Below the pieces are notes generated by a model. It was not told where the DNA came from and did no database searches. It worked only from the letters and a program-made list of their open reading frames with translations. This document shows, one piece after another, positions 18,000 to 26,968 of a stretch of 64,000 nucleotides of DNA (its first letter is position 1; every line of letters begins with the position of its first letter). Origin of the DNA: a virus (taxonomy: Duplodnaviria > Heunggongvirae > Uroviricota > Caudoviricetes); the IMG/VR virus record IMGVR_UViG_3300028666_000028, positions 20,868 to 84,867 of that record; one strand, 5' to 3'. The translations under genes and the position numbers were made by a program.

Positions 18000-19223
18000 A
18001 TGCCTTCTAATAATTTTGAACAAATCACAAGTGGTATAAATCTTACACCACAAGCAAGTGTAGCTGGAGCATCTTCTAATGGTGATGTTTATTACAATAG
18101 TTCAACTAATCTATTTCAATTTTATCAAAATGGTGCATTTGTTAACTTTTTATCAGGATTAGTATCTCTTACTGCAGGTGTATCTGGAACATTACCAATT
18201 GCCAATGGTGGAACAAATGCAACATCTGCTGCTGCTGCATTTAATAATCTTAATCCAATGACAACTACAGGTGATTTAATATATGAATCAGCTACAAATG
18301 TTGCATCTAGATTAGCTATAGGTTCAAGTGGACAAGTATTAACAGTAGTTGGCGGAGTTCCAGCATGGTCAGCAGCTTCAACGGGTACTGTTACAAGTGT
18401 AGCTCTTACTGTCCCTGGTTTCTTATCAGTTTCAGGAAGTCCAATTACAACTAGCGGAACTTTAGCTGTTACTCTAGCAACAGAAACAGCAAATACTGTA
18501 TTTGCAGGTCCAACTTCTGGTGGAGCTACAACTCCTACATTTAGAGCATTAGGTTTAACAGATTTACCTTCAATAGCAAATAATACAGTTTTAGGAAATA
18601 CTTCTGGTAGTACTGCTGCTCCATCTGCATTAACAGCAATTGTTATAAGTGGTTCAGTTACAGCTGGTTCATTTATTCCAACAGGTTCTACGGTACCAGT
18701 AAACGGAATGTATTTAAGTACAACTAATACTGTAGCATTTGCTACAAATACTACAAATGCTGGAACTATAGACGCTAATGGAACATGGACAATAGGTGTT
18801 TCAGGTACTACTCATCAACAAGTTATTTATGGTTCAGATGGTAATACACAAGCTAAGAGTTTAGTTTTTAATTCTGGAACTGGCGGTGATTTTACTTTAG
18901 CCAAGAATGAAAACACAGGTTCATTAACTATGACAGGCGCTAGTTCAAATGGAACTGGTGCAGTAATAATCCTTTACGGTAATTCAAATGGTTCTAACCC
19001 TAATATAACTAAATTTCAAAATGCTGGAATAAACACAGGTAATATTGATGCTTCTGGAAATTGGACATTAGGTAATGGAAGTTCTAATGTTCATGTACTT
19101 AATACAAGTACTGCTACTTCAGCAACAGCAGGGACTAATGGAGCAGTACCTGCACAAGTTGTTGGATATGTAATTATAAATATTAATGGATCTAATAGAA
19201 AAATACCGTATTTTGCAACATAA
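18000..19223 (+). CDS. Tail fibre protein (407 aa), mosaic of modules shared with 12709 and 15430
   Basis: Contains the IANGGTNATSAAAAFNNLNPMTTTGDLIYESAT motif, a TGTVTSVALTVPGFLSVSGSPITTSGTL module, and GTWTIGVSGTTHQQVIYGSDGNTQAKSL, which is a third copy of the 12709 repeat. Confidence 0.6.
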   Translation: MPSNNFEQITSGINLTPQASVAGASSNGDVYYNSSTNLFQFYQNGAFVNFLSGLVSLTAGVSGTLPIANGGTNATSAAAAFNNLNPMTTTGDLIYESATNVASRLAIGSSGQVLTVVGGVPAWSAASTGTVTSVALTVPGFLSVSGSPITTSGTLAVTLATETANTVFAGPTSGGATTPTFRALGLTDLPSIANNTVLGNTSGSTAAPSALTAIVISGSVTAGSFIPTGSTVPVNGMYLSTTNTVAFATNTTNAGTIDANGTWTIGVSGTTHQQVIYGSDGNTQAKSLVFNSGTGGDFTLAKNENTGSLTMTGASSNGTGAVIILYGNSNGSNPNITKFQNAGINTGNIDASGNWTLGNGSSNVHVLNTSTATSATAGTNGAVPAQVVGYVIININGSNRKIPYFAT

Positions 19224-19228
19224 AATAG

Positions 19229-19238
19229 TTAATAAGTA
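19229..19238 (+). promoter_or_regulatory. TTAATAAGTA motif copy
   Basis: Exact decamer, 39 nt upstream of acidic gene 19277. Confidence 0.4.
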
Positions 19239-19276
19239 ACTTATATAGGTTTTAAACGCATAAAAGGAACAATAAA

Positions 19277-19801
19277 ATGATGTATAATGATGATGAAATG
19301 GTCCCTCATAAAAAGAATGTTTTAAAGGACCTAGTTAGTAAAATGAAAGAATTACAATCTAATGGATTGAAATCTATGCATAGTAATCCTGGCGATAGTC
19401 AAGCAGTGAGTGATCATAGTGCTAATCCTCATAATCCTTCTAATGAAGAAGAATCTGAAGATAAAAGTGAACAATCTCATTTGACTAAAGAAGACTCTAT
19501 GCATGATAGTGAAAATGGTGATAAGAAATTACCTAAATCTTCAAGTAGCCATAGTTCAGATGTAAATGATGAACATGGTGGAAATGCTAAAGAACCTGCT
19601 TATAAATTTCATACTTATCCTAGAGGCGATGAACATGTTAGTGATGAGCATGGTGGAAATCCTCATGAACCTTCTAATGAAGAAGAAAATGAGTCTGATG
19701 GTTCTCGCATGGATAGAGAAGATTCTATGCATGATGATGAAGCTCCTATGCATCCTGCTTTTGCCAAGTTACTTGCTGAACATCTTAAAAACAGGAAATA
19801 A
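19277..19801 (+). CDS. Highly acidic, His-rich protein (174 aa) with internal duplication
   Basis: The motifs DEHGGN..EP and SNEEE..(S/E)D...EDSMHD each occur twice. Flanked by amphipathic helices. Paralog of 19807..20181. Confidence 0.5.
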   Translation: MMYNDDEMVPHKKNVLKDLVSKMKELQSNGLKSMHSNPGDSQAVSDHSANPHNPSNEEESEDKSEQSHLTKEDSMHDSENGDKKLPKSSSSHSSDVNDEHGGNAKEPAYKFHTYPRGDEHVSDEHGGNPHEPSNEEENESDGSRMDREDSMHDDEAPMHPAFAKLLAEHLKNRK

Positions 19802-19806
19802 AAAAT

Positions 19807-20181
19807 ATGATGCATGATGACATGAGTAGTCCAAAATTACAGTCATTAATGGACTTAATTAGTGAGATGAAAAGACTTCAAGCTAGTAGTCTTCACGGAG
19901 ATGAAGAAGGTCCACATGGGATGGAAGTTGAAATTCATGCTCAAAAACTTGATCCTCAAGATCTTGAAAAAATGGAAGAAGCTACTCATCAAGATCTAGA
20001 TAATGATAATGAAGAAGGTGAATCACCTGAACATAAAGCTATGGTTCTCGGTGACCATTCCGATATGGATGAAGAATCTCCTGAAGAAGATCAAGACGAA
20101 GATGAAGATATGGAAGATCATTCAGAAATGCAATTACCTCCAGGACTTATGAAACTCCTTATGGAGAAAATGGGTAAATAA
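19807..20181 (+). CDS. Highly acidic protein (124 aa), paralog of 19277..19801
   Basis: Shares an N-terminal helix (KLQSLMDLISEMKRLQ against VLKDLVSKMKELQ), an Asp/Glu/His-rich core and a C-terminal (L/M)KLLxExxxK helix. Confidence 0.5.
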   Translation: MMHDDMSSPKLQSLMDLISEMKRLQASSLHGDEEGPHGMEVEIHAQKLDPQDLEKMEEATHQDLDNDNEEGESPEHKAMVLGDHSDMDEESPEEDQDEDEDMEDHSEMQLPPGLMKLLMEKMGK

Positions 20182-20417
20182 TGTTCCCTTTGAATCCACA
20201 TCAAAAAGCTAGTGTTCTTAGAAATCTTGCTGGTAAAATGCGTAGTCCAACTGGTACAATGAATACATTCCAGTCAGCTAAATCAGCAGGTCCAAAACTT
20301 TCTAATAATATTGGCGTATCAAAAATATCAGCAGAACCATCTGCTCGTTTACAGCGTAAAGTTAATCCAGATTATGCTCCACATAGAGCATTTGATCTTA
20401 GTAAAAAACTTTACTAA
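20181..20417 (+). CDS. Small basic protein (78 aa)
   Basis: ATG overlaps the upstream stop (TAATG). Rich in Lys/Arg. Confidence 0.4.
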   Translation: MFPLNPHQKASVLRNLAGKMRSPTGTMNTFQSAKSAGPKLSNNIGVSKISAEPSARLQRKVNPDYAPHRAFDLSKKLY

Positions 20418-20429
20418 AGGGAGTTTTAA

Positions 20430-21392
20430 ATGTCGGGTTTTAATTATACCACAACTGAATTGTTAGCAGATATTAAACGTAAAGCCTTTGTACCAATTTC
20501 ACAAATTACGTTTGATGATCCTGCACTTTTAAGTGTATGTGATGAAGAAATTCAAACAGGTATAGTTCCTCTATTAATGTCTGTTAGAGAAGAATATCTA
20601 GTAGATTATGTTCTTTTACCTGTAGATGGTACTACTGCTTCTTTTGATATACCTAGTAGAGCAATTGGTGCTAAATTAAGAAATGTTACAATTTTAGTTA
20701 ATCCTACTGTTCAAGCTGAACAGCCTAATGAAAGATCATTACCTGAAATTAATGCAGAAGATGCAGTATTCAATAACTATTTTAATAATTTTCTTGCATT
20801 ACAAGCTTTCTTTTTAAGAGATAATCAAGTTATACTTTCTCCAGCAGCTTCATCATTTGCTGGACAAACACTTAAACTTTATTATTTTAAACGTCCAAAT
20901 AAATTGATATTAACTTCTGCATGTTCACAAATAACTTCAGTTTCTTCAAATCAAGCTATTGTTAATCTTGTTCCAACTAATTTTGGTACCGGTGGAACTT
21001 TATCTATTACTGTTGATGTTGTAAAAGCTAAGCCTCCATTTGAACTCATGACAATGGATCTTGATATCACAATTGATACTACTACAAATACAGCTACATT
21101 TCCAGCTGACCTAAGCACATATGGAATTAGCACTGGTGATTATATTTGTTTAGCTGGTGAAAGTCCAATTCCAATTCTTCCAGTAGAAATATTTAGTTTG
21201 TTAGCACAAAAAGTCGCAGTTAAACTTCTTGCATCATTAGGTGATGATAAGAATTTTCAAATAGCCGCTGACAGATTGAAAGACATGGAACATAATATTA
21301 GAGAACTTATTTCCAATCGTGTGGAAGGTGCTACTCGAAAAGTTGTTAATCAGTATACGACTTTTAATCAGAACCCCTATCGCAGATTTTAA
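20430..21392 (+). CDS. Hypothetical virion protein (320 aa)
   Basis: GGGAG ribosome binding site. No recognisable motif. Confidence 0.45.
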   Translation: MSGFNYTTTELLADIKRKAFVPISQITFDDPALLSVCDEEIQTGIVPLLMSVREEYLVDYVLLPVDGTTASFDIPSRAIGAKLRNVTILVNPTVQAEQPNERSLPEINAEDAVFNNYFNNFLALQAFFLRDNQVILSPAASSFAGQTLKLYYFKRPNKLILTSACSQITSVSSNQAIVNLVPTNFGTGGTLSITVDVVKAKPPFELMTMDLDITIDTTTNTATFPADLSTYGISTGDYICLAGESPIPILPVEIFSLLAQKVAVKLLASLGDDKNFQIAADRLKDMEHNIRELISNRVEGATRKVVNQYTTFNQNPYRRF

Positions 21393-21406
21393 CCATACAG
21401 AAGGTT

Positions 21407-21416
21407 TTAATAAGTA
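21407..21416 (+). promoter_or_regulatory. TTAATAAGTA motif copy
   Basis: Exact decamer just upstream of the GIY-YIG gene. Confidence 0.4.
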
Positions 21417-21420
21417 GTGT

Positions 21421-22086
21421 ATGAATACAAAGTATATAATTTATGCATTACAAGATCCACAAACTTTTGAAATAAGATATATTGGTAAATCTGCAAATGG
21501 TTTACGAAGACCAAGAGCACATACTTATCCTCTTTCTCTTAAACGAGATAAAACTTATAAAGGTAACTGGTTACGTTCATTAATTAATAATGGATTTAAA
21601 CCTATTATTAAAGTTGTTCAAGAATTAAATAATTTACAAGAACTTAATCAAGCTGAACAATACTGGATTGAATACTTTAAAAATCTAGATTGTCCATTAA
21701 CTAATTCTACTAAAGGTGGAATGGGTAGATGCGGACTTCCTCATACTGAAGAAACTAAACAAAAGATTAGTTCATCTAATAAAGAACATGCTAAAAGAAA
21801 ACCATATCCCAAAGGTAAAAAACATTGGAGATACGGTAAAAAAAGAACTGAACAAGAAAAACAAGTAATTTCAGAACGTACTAAAGAATGTATGCAAAGT
21901 CCTGAAATTCAATATAAATTAAAAAATCGTGCACATTATAGACGTATTCAAGATAATAATGGTATTGTATATAGTTCAATAGATGAAGCAAAACGTCATA
22001 CTAAATTAGATAAAGGTACTATACGTAGAATTTTATCTGGTACAATTGATTCTTGCAAAGGTTACTCATTTAAGGAGATAACCTAA
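21421..22086 (+). CDS. GIY-YIG homing endonuclease (221 aa) with a NUMOD3-like C-terminal DNA-binding motif
   Basis: YIIYAL...EIRYIGKS is the GIY-YIG core with a downstream conserved R (RRPRAH). EETKQKISSS is NUMOD3-like. It is freestanding between tail genes. Confidence 0.8.
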   Translation: MNTKYIIYALQDPQTFEIRYIGKSANGLRRPRAHTYPLSLKRDKTYKGNWLRSLINNGFKPIIKVVQELNNLQELNQAEQYWIEYFKNLDCPLTNSTKGGMGRCGLPHTEETKQKISSSNKEHAKRKPYPKGKKHWRYGKKRTEQEKQVISERTKECMQSPEIQYKLKNRAHYRRIQDNNGIVYSSIDEAKRHTKLDKGTIRRILSGTIDSCKGYSFKEIT

Positions 22087-25000
22087 TGCAAAAACTTACT
22101 GTTCGCGCGGCGGGCTTATACACGTACCCAAATCAGATTTCTCAAGTACCAAATGGTAGCTTAGTTCAAGCTGATAACGTAGTAATTGATAGAGAAGGTG
22201 TACTAGAACCTCGCAGAGGTTATAATACGCTTCCAGGTACACTTGGTGCATTATCAACTTATAGAGCTAATCAAATATTCAGATTTGGTAATAATGTTAT
22301 ATCTCATTATGGTCCTCCTTTAGCTCCAACTACACTAGCATTCTATTCTCCAGAAGTAACAATTAGTAATATTTTAACTAGCGGTAATAACATTATAACT
22401 GATGTTAGTACTATTACAGGACTTTATGCAGGTCAAACTGTGTCAGTTCCTGTTGTAGAACAGGCATTTACAGGCACTATTACCCTAGGAAGCAATCAAA
22501 TAACTGGTATTGTATCTACCAGGGGTCTATATGCAGGACAACAAATTGGTAGCATAGGACTACCTGTTGGAACTACTATTTCATCTATAAGCGGTTCTGG
22601 ACCGTTTACTATCACAATGTCTGCTAATTCCACTTACACTAAGGGTAATGCAGCTATAAACGCTTCTAATGCTAATATTTTAGGAATACCTTCTAATACG
22701 ACAATAACCATAGTAGGAACGACTTCTATAACACTTTCAGCCCCTGCTTCACAAAATAGTAGAAGTCTTAATTTTAGCCCATCTGCGGTCGATACAGGGG
22801 CTGATTTAATCAACTATGCAATCAATGGTCTATTAAATAGCCAAACTGTTGAATTTACTACTACAGGAACTCTTCCAGCGGGATTAAACACAGGGGTTAT
22901 ATATTATGTAATATCAGCTACCGATGTATCATTCCAGGTATCTTCCACTAATAATGGTCCTGCTGTTAATTTAACTTCTCAAGGTACTGGAACACATACA
23001 CTTGTTATAAGAGATTCTCTTAATGCGTACGGCTGGATTAACTATGCAGGTACATATTTACAGCCAGATTCAGTTACTAAATTAAGAAGTGTAGAATCTA
23101 ATAATAACGTATATTTTACAACTTCAACTGGTATTCAAAAACTTGATTCTTTAACTGATACTATAGTACCATCTGGAGCACCACCTGGGCTAGATGGTTA
23201 TGCTACTTTGAATCTAGCGACATCTGGATTTATGCCTACTGATGTAGAAGTTGCATATAGGGTTGTATGGGGTTATAAAGATGCAAATAAGAATCTTATT
23301 TTAGGTGTTCCTAGTCAACGAATTATAATTGCAAACACATCTGGTTTAACTAAAGATGTAGATTTAAATATAACTATACCTCAAGGTGTAACTGTAAATT
23401 ATTTCTATCAAGTATATAGATCAGGATTCAGTGCAACAGCTAATGATGAGCCAAATGATGAAATGTCATTAGTTTATGAAGCCAATCCAACTCCAACAGA
23501 TCTTACAAATGGATTTGTAACATTTACAGATGAAACTCCTGAAAGTTTACGTAATGGAGCAGCATTATATACATCTCCTTCTCAAGAAGGTATATTACAA
23601 GCTAATACTCCTCCTCCATTTGCAAAAGATGTAACTTTGTTTAAGGGTAGTGCATTTTATGCAAATACTAAAACTAAACAAAATATGAATTTAAATATAT
23701 TAGCAGTATCAGGACAATTTTCTATATTTGGTAATACTACTAATGTTTCTGGTGATACACCAACTACTATAAGAGGTTTATCATACTCTGTAACTGGTGA
23801 TTTAACGGCCGGAAGTAATACTATTAATAATATTTCGGATATTTCTTCTTTATATGTTGGACAAACCGTTTCTGATGTAACTAATCCTTCTTATATTCCA
23901 GATGGTAGTGTTATTACACAAATAGTAAATAGTACTACTATTATTATTAGTAATGCTGCTACCAATACATCAGCAACTAATACTTTATCCATTGGAGTTT
24001 CAGGTTTATCAATAGGACAAACAGTTACAGGTACTGGTATACCGGGTGGAACAACTATAACTAATATATTTAGTCCTATAAATTTAAATGGTATTCAAAC
24101 AGATGGATCACCTATAATTACTAATCTTTTATCTACACTAGGATTAGATATAGGTCAACCAGTTACAGGACCTGGTATACCAGCTAATACTGTTATACAA
24201 TCAATCGATTCTGGAACTCAAGTAACTCTAAGTAAGAATGTTAGTTTACAAATCACTGGAACTTTACATGCAGGACTTAATACAATTACTGGTGTTTCAG
24301 ATACTTCATTCCTGGTTGTAAATCAAACATTAACAGATCTTACAAATCCTACTTATATTCCATCTGGATCAGTTATAACGAATATAACTGGAACTACTGT
24401 TACTATAAGTAATAATGCAACAAATACTTCAACTGATACATTACTTGCAGCATCTACAGTTCCTTCATTTCAAATAACTGGTAATCTAGTAAATGGATCT
24501 AGTACATTATCAAATATAGTAAATTCAAGTGGATCTTTATTATCTCCAGGACAATTTATATTTGATAATGCAACTTCATCATTAATACCTTCTGGAACAA
24601 CAATTACATCTATAATTGATTCAACTGATGTTATTTTAAGTAATGCTGCAACAGGTACTGCTGCTGTAGAATCATTAACTATAGCTCCATTTTTACCACC
24701 TTTAGCATTTGGAGCTGGTATACAGATTTCAAATCCAGCTACATCAACTGGAACAATAACTTTAACATTGCAAAATGGTACAGGTGGTATTCAAATAGGA
24801 GATACATTAACTATAGCTGGTACTACTTATACTGCTTCACAAGTAGAAAATGTAGCTACTAAACATTTTAGAGTTTTTGCATTAGGATCACCAGCACAAA
24901 ATATAGCAGATACATCTAATTCATTAATTAGAGTAATAAATAGGACCACTAGTCCAACTCCTACTATATATGGATTTTATGAATCTGGTTTTCAACAATT

Positions 25001-26531
25001 ACCGGGTCAAATGTTATTTCAAGAAAGAATCTTTGGTGGCGGTATATTTTATGCAACTGCTGGTACTTCTGGCCAAGGAACTGCTTATAGTCCTAATCTT
25101 CCTGGACCTGGAGGAACATCAGTTTCTTCTCAAAATGATGAATTTGCTAATGGATTATATTTTAGTAAAACACAACAACCAGAAGCGGTTCCACTTTTAA
25201 ATTTTATAAAAGTTGGTAGTGCACAAGCTGCTATATTAAGAGTAATTCCACTTAGAGATAGTTTATTTATTCTTAAACAAGATGGTGTATATCGTTTAAC
25301 TGGTAATGATCCTACGAGTTTTAGTGTAGATTTATTTGATAGTACAACTATTATACTTTCAGCTGAATCTGCAGTAAGTCTTAATAACTTAATTTTCATG
25401 TTATCTAAATATGGTATTGTAACTGTATCTGATACCGGAGTAACTGTTATATCTAGAGCAATTGAAGATAAAATGCTTGATCTATTAGAAGCCAATATTG
25501 TATCTGCTCAAAATCTTAGTTTCGGTATATCTTATGAATCAGATAGAAAATATATATTCTTCTGTATTAATAATTCAAATGATCAAACTGCAACTCAAGC
25601 ATATGTTTACAATACATTTACTACTACATGGACTAGATGGAATTTAAGTCAAACATGCGGTATTGTTCACCCAAGTCTAGATATTTTATATTTAGGTGAT
25701 ACTTCTTCAAATACATTTGATGAAGAAAGAAAAACTCGTACATTTACAGATTATACCGATAGTTCATTTCAAATTAATTTACAAGGTGTAACTGGAGTTA
25801 CATCTTCAGGACTTCCTACAATTACAGGAATAGCCGATACAACTGTATTTAATGTTGGTCAATCTATATCAGGAATTGGAATACCTGTTAATTCTCAAAT
25901 TATAGCTATTACATCTGGAAGTTCAATAACAATTAATAATAATGCAACTTCATCTGGAACTACAACTATATTATTAGATGCTGGTAAAACTGTCTGGTTA
26001 GATAGTTTAACTAATATAGTAGTTGGAGATGCTTTATGGCAAACTAATGGTAGATATAGTATTATAACTGCAGTTAATAGTTTAAATCAAACTGTAACAG
26101 TTAAAGATTTTATAAATGACTGGGTATTAGGAAAAGTTACAATTTTGAAAGCTTTTCCAACTGTAGTGAAATATGTACCTCAAACTGCTGAAAATCCAGG
26201 GAATTTAAAACAATTTAGAGAAGCCACTTTACTATTTCAAGTTCCTTTCTTTAATCAAGTAAAAATGGGGTTTGATACAGATTTATCAGCTGGTACTGAA
26301 AGTGTATTACTTAATGGATTATATGGCGGACAATGGGGACGTTTTCAATGGGGATTATTACCTTGGGGAGGAACAGTTAAACCCCTACCTATTAGAACAT
26401 ATGTACCTCAACAAAAACAAAGATGTTCTTTAATGAATGTAACTTTGACTCATAATGAAGCATATTCTTTTTATCGTTTAAATGGTATATCATTTATACA
26501 TAATGGATACTCTGAAAGAGTTGGCAAGTAA
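22086..26531 (+). CDS. Large tail protein (1481 aa) with multiple degenerate about 50-aa repeats
   Basis: Repeats of the type (I/V)SD.S.L.VGQTV(S/T)D.TNP(S/T)YIP.GSVIT.I...T..ISN.ATNTS at about 23805, 24294 and 25827, plus the variant GIPxxTxI. Size and position fit a tail hub, nozzle or receptor-binding protein. Confidence 0.65.
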   Translation: MQKLTVRAAGLYTYPNQISQVPNGSLVQADNVVIDREGVLEPRRGYNTLPGTLGALSTYRANQIFRFGNNVISHYGPPLAPTTLAFYSPEVTISNILTSGNNIITDVSTITGLYAGQTVSVPVVEQAFTGTITLGSNQITGIVSTRGLYAGQQIGSIGLPVGTTISSISGSGPFTITMSANSTYTKGNAAINASNANILGIPSNTTITIVGTTSITLSAPASQNSRSLNFSPSAVDTGADLINYAINGLLNSQTVEFTTTGTLPAGLNTGVIYYVISATDVSFQVSSTNNGPAVNLTSQGTGTHTLVIRDSLNAYGWINYAGTYLQPDSVTKLRSVESNNNVYFTTSTGIQKLDSLTDTIVPSGAPPGLDGYATLNLATSGFMPTDVEVAYRVVWGYKDANKNLILGVPSQRIIIANTSGLTKDVDLNITIPQGVTVNYFYQVYRSGFSATANDEPNDEMSLVYEANPTPTDLTNGFVTFTDETPESLRNGAALYTSPSQEGILQANTPPPFAKDVTLFKGSAFYANTKTKQNMNLNILAVSGQFSIFGNTTNVSGDTPTTIRGLSYSVTGDLTAGSNTINNISDISSLYVGQTVSDVTNPSYIPDGSVITQIVNSTTIIISNAATNTSATNTLSIGVSGLSIGQTVTGTGIPGGTTITNIFSPINLNGIQTDGSPIITNLLSTLGLDIGQPVTGPGIPANTVIQSIDSGTQVTLSKNVSLQITGTLHAGLNTITGVSDTSFLVVNQTLTDLTNPTYIPSGSVITNITGTTVTISNNATNTSTDTLLAASTVPSFQITGNLVNGSSTLSNIVNSSGSLLSPGQFIFDNATSSLIPSGTTITSIIDSTDVILSNAATGTAAVESLTIAPFLPPLAFGAGIQISNPATSTGTITLTLQNGTGGIQIGDTLTIAGTTYTASQVENVATKHFRVFALGSPAQNIADTSNSLIRVINRTTSPTPTIYGFYESGFQQLPGQMLFQERIFGGGIFYATAGTSGQGTAYSPNLPGPGGTSVSSQNDEFANGLYFSKTQQPEAVPLLNFIKVGSAQAAILRVIPLRDSLFILKQDGVYRLTGNDPTSFSVDLFDSTTIILSAESAVSLNNLIFMLSKYGIVTVSDTGVTVISRAIEDKMLDLLEANIVSAQNLSFGISYESDRKYIFFCINNSNDQTATQAYVYNTFTTTWTRWNLSQTCGIVHPSLDILYLGDTSSNTFDEERKTRTFTDYTDSSFQINLQGVTGVTSSGLPTITGIADTTVFNVGQSISGIGIPVNSQIIAITSGSSITINNNATSSGTTTILLDAGKTVWLDSLTNIVVGDALWQTNGRYSIITAVNSLNQTVTVKDFINDWVLGKVTILKAFPTVVKYVPQTAENPGNLKQFREATLLFQVPFFNQVKMGFDTDLSAGTESVLLNGLYGGQWGRFQWGLLPWGGTVKPLPIRTYVPQQKQRCSLMNVTLTHNEAYSFYRLNGISFIHNGYSERVGK

Positions 26532-26532
26532 A

Positions 26533-26940
26533 ATGGCAAAGTTATCAAATGTTAAAAGAATCATTAAAGAACAAATGCCTGCTGATGTTCAAAAATGGAT
26601 AGATACTCTATTATATCCATTGAATAACACTATTTCTCAATTAAGTAATGCACTAGCTAATCAACTTACTATTGTTGATAATATGCAAGCGACAGTTAAA
26701 AGTTTCACTTTGAAGTCTAATCAATTTCCATTTACTTTTAACCATGGATTAAGTGGTACTCCAAAGGTTTTATATATAGGCCAAATAAATGATACTGCAG
26801 CTAGTCCTGCTACTTTTACAGTAGCACCTTATGCACAGTGGACTATTGGAACGTCAGCAAGTACTATTGTAATTCAAACAATAACAGGATTAGATCCAAC
26901 TAAAACATATAATGTAACTTTTGTAATACATATAACTTAA
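26533..26940 (+). CDS. Hypothetical protein (about 135 aa)
   Basis: The ORF track starts at 26482, inside the previous gene. The ATG at 26533 immediately after the upstream TAA (TAAAATG) is the more likely start. Confidence 0.45.
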   Translation: MAKLSNVKRIIKEQMPADVQKWIDTLLYPLNNTISQLSNALANQLTIVDNMQATVKSFTLKSNQFPFTFNHGLSGTPKVLYIGQINDTAASPATFTVAPYAQWTIGTSASTIVIQTITGLDPTKTYNVTFVIHIT

Positions 26941-26950
26941 TTAATAAGTT
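26941..26950 (+). promoter_or_regulatory. TTAATAAGTT variant motif copy
   Basis: One-mismatch variant upstream of 26969. Confidence 0.3.
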
Positions 26951-26968
26951 ATTAAAGAGGTAATTAAA

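Noticed and set aside
12709-26531. Possible CRISPR array or diversity-generating element suggested by the many repeats in the 12.7-26.5 kb region.
   Set aside because: The repeats are in-frame protein-module duplications of 150-500 bp without unique spacers. There is no reverse transcriptase, template repeat or cas gene anywhere in the window.
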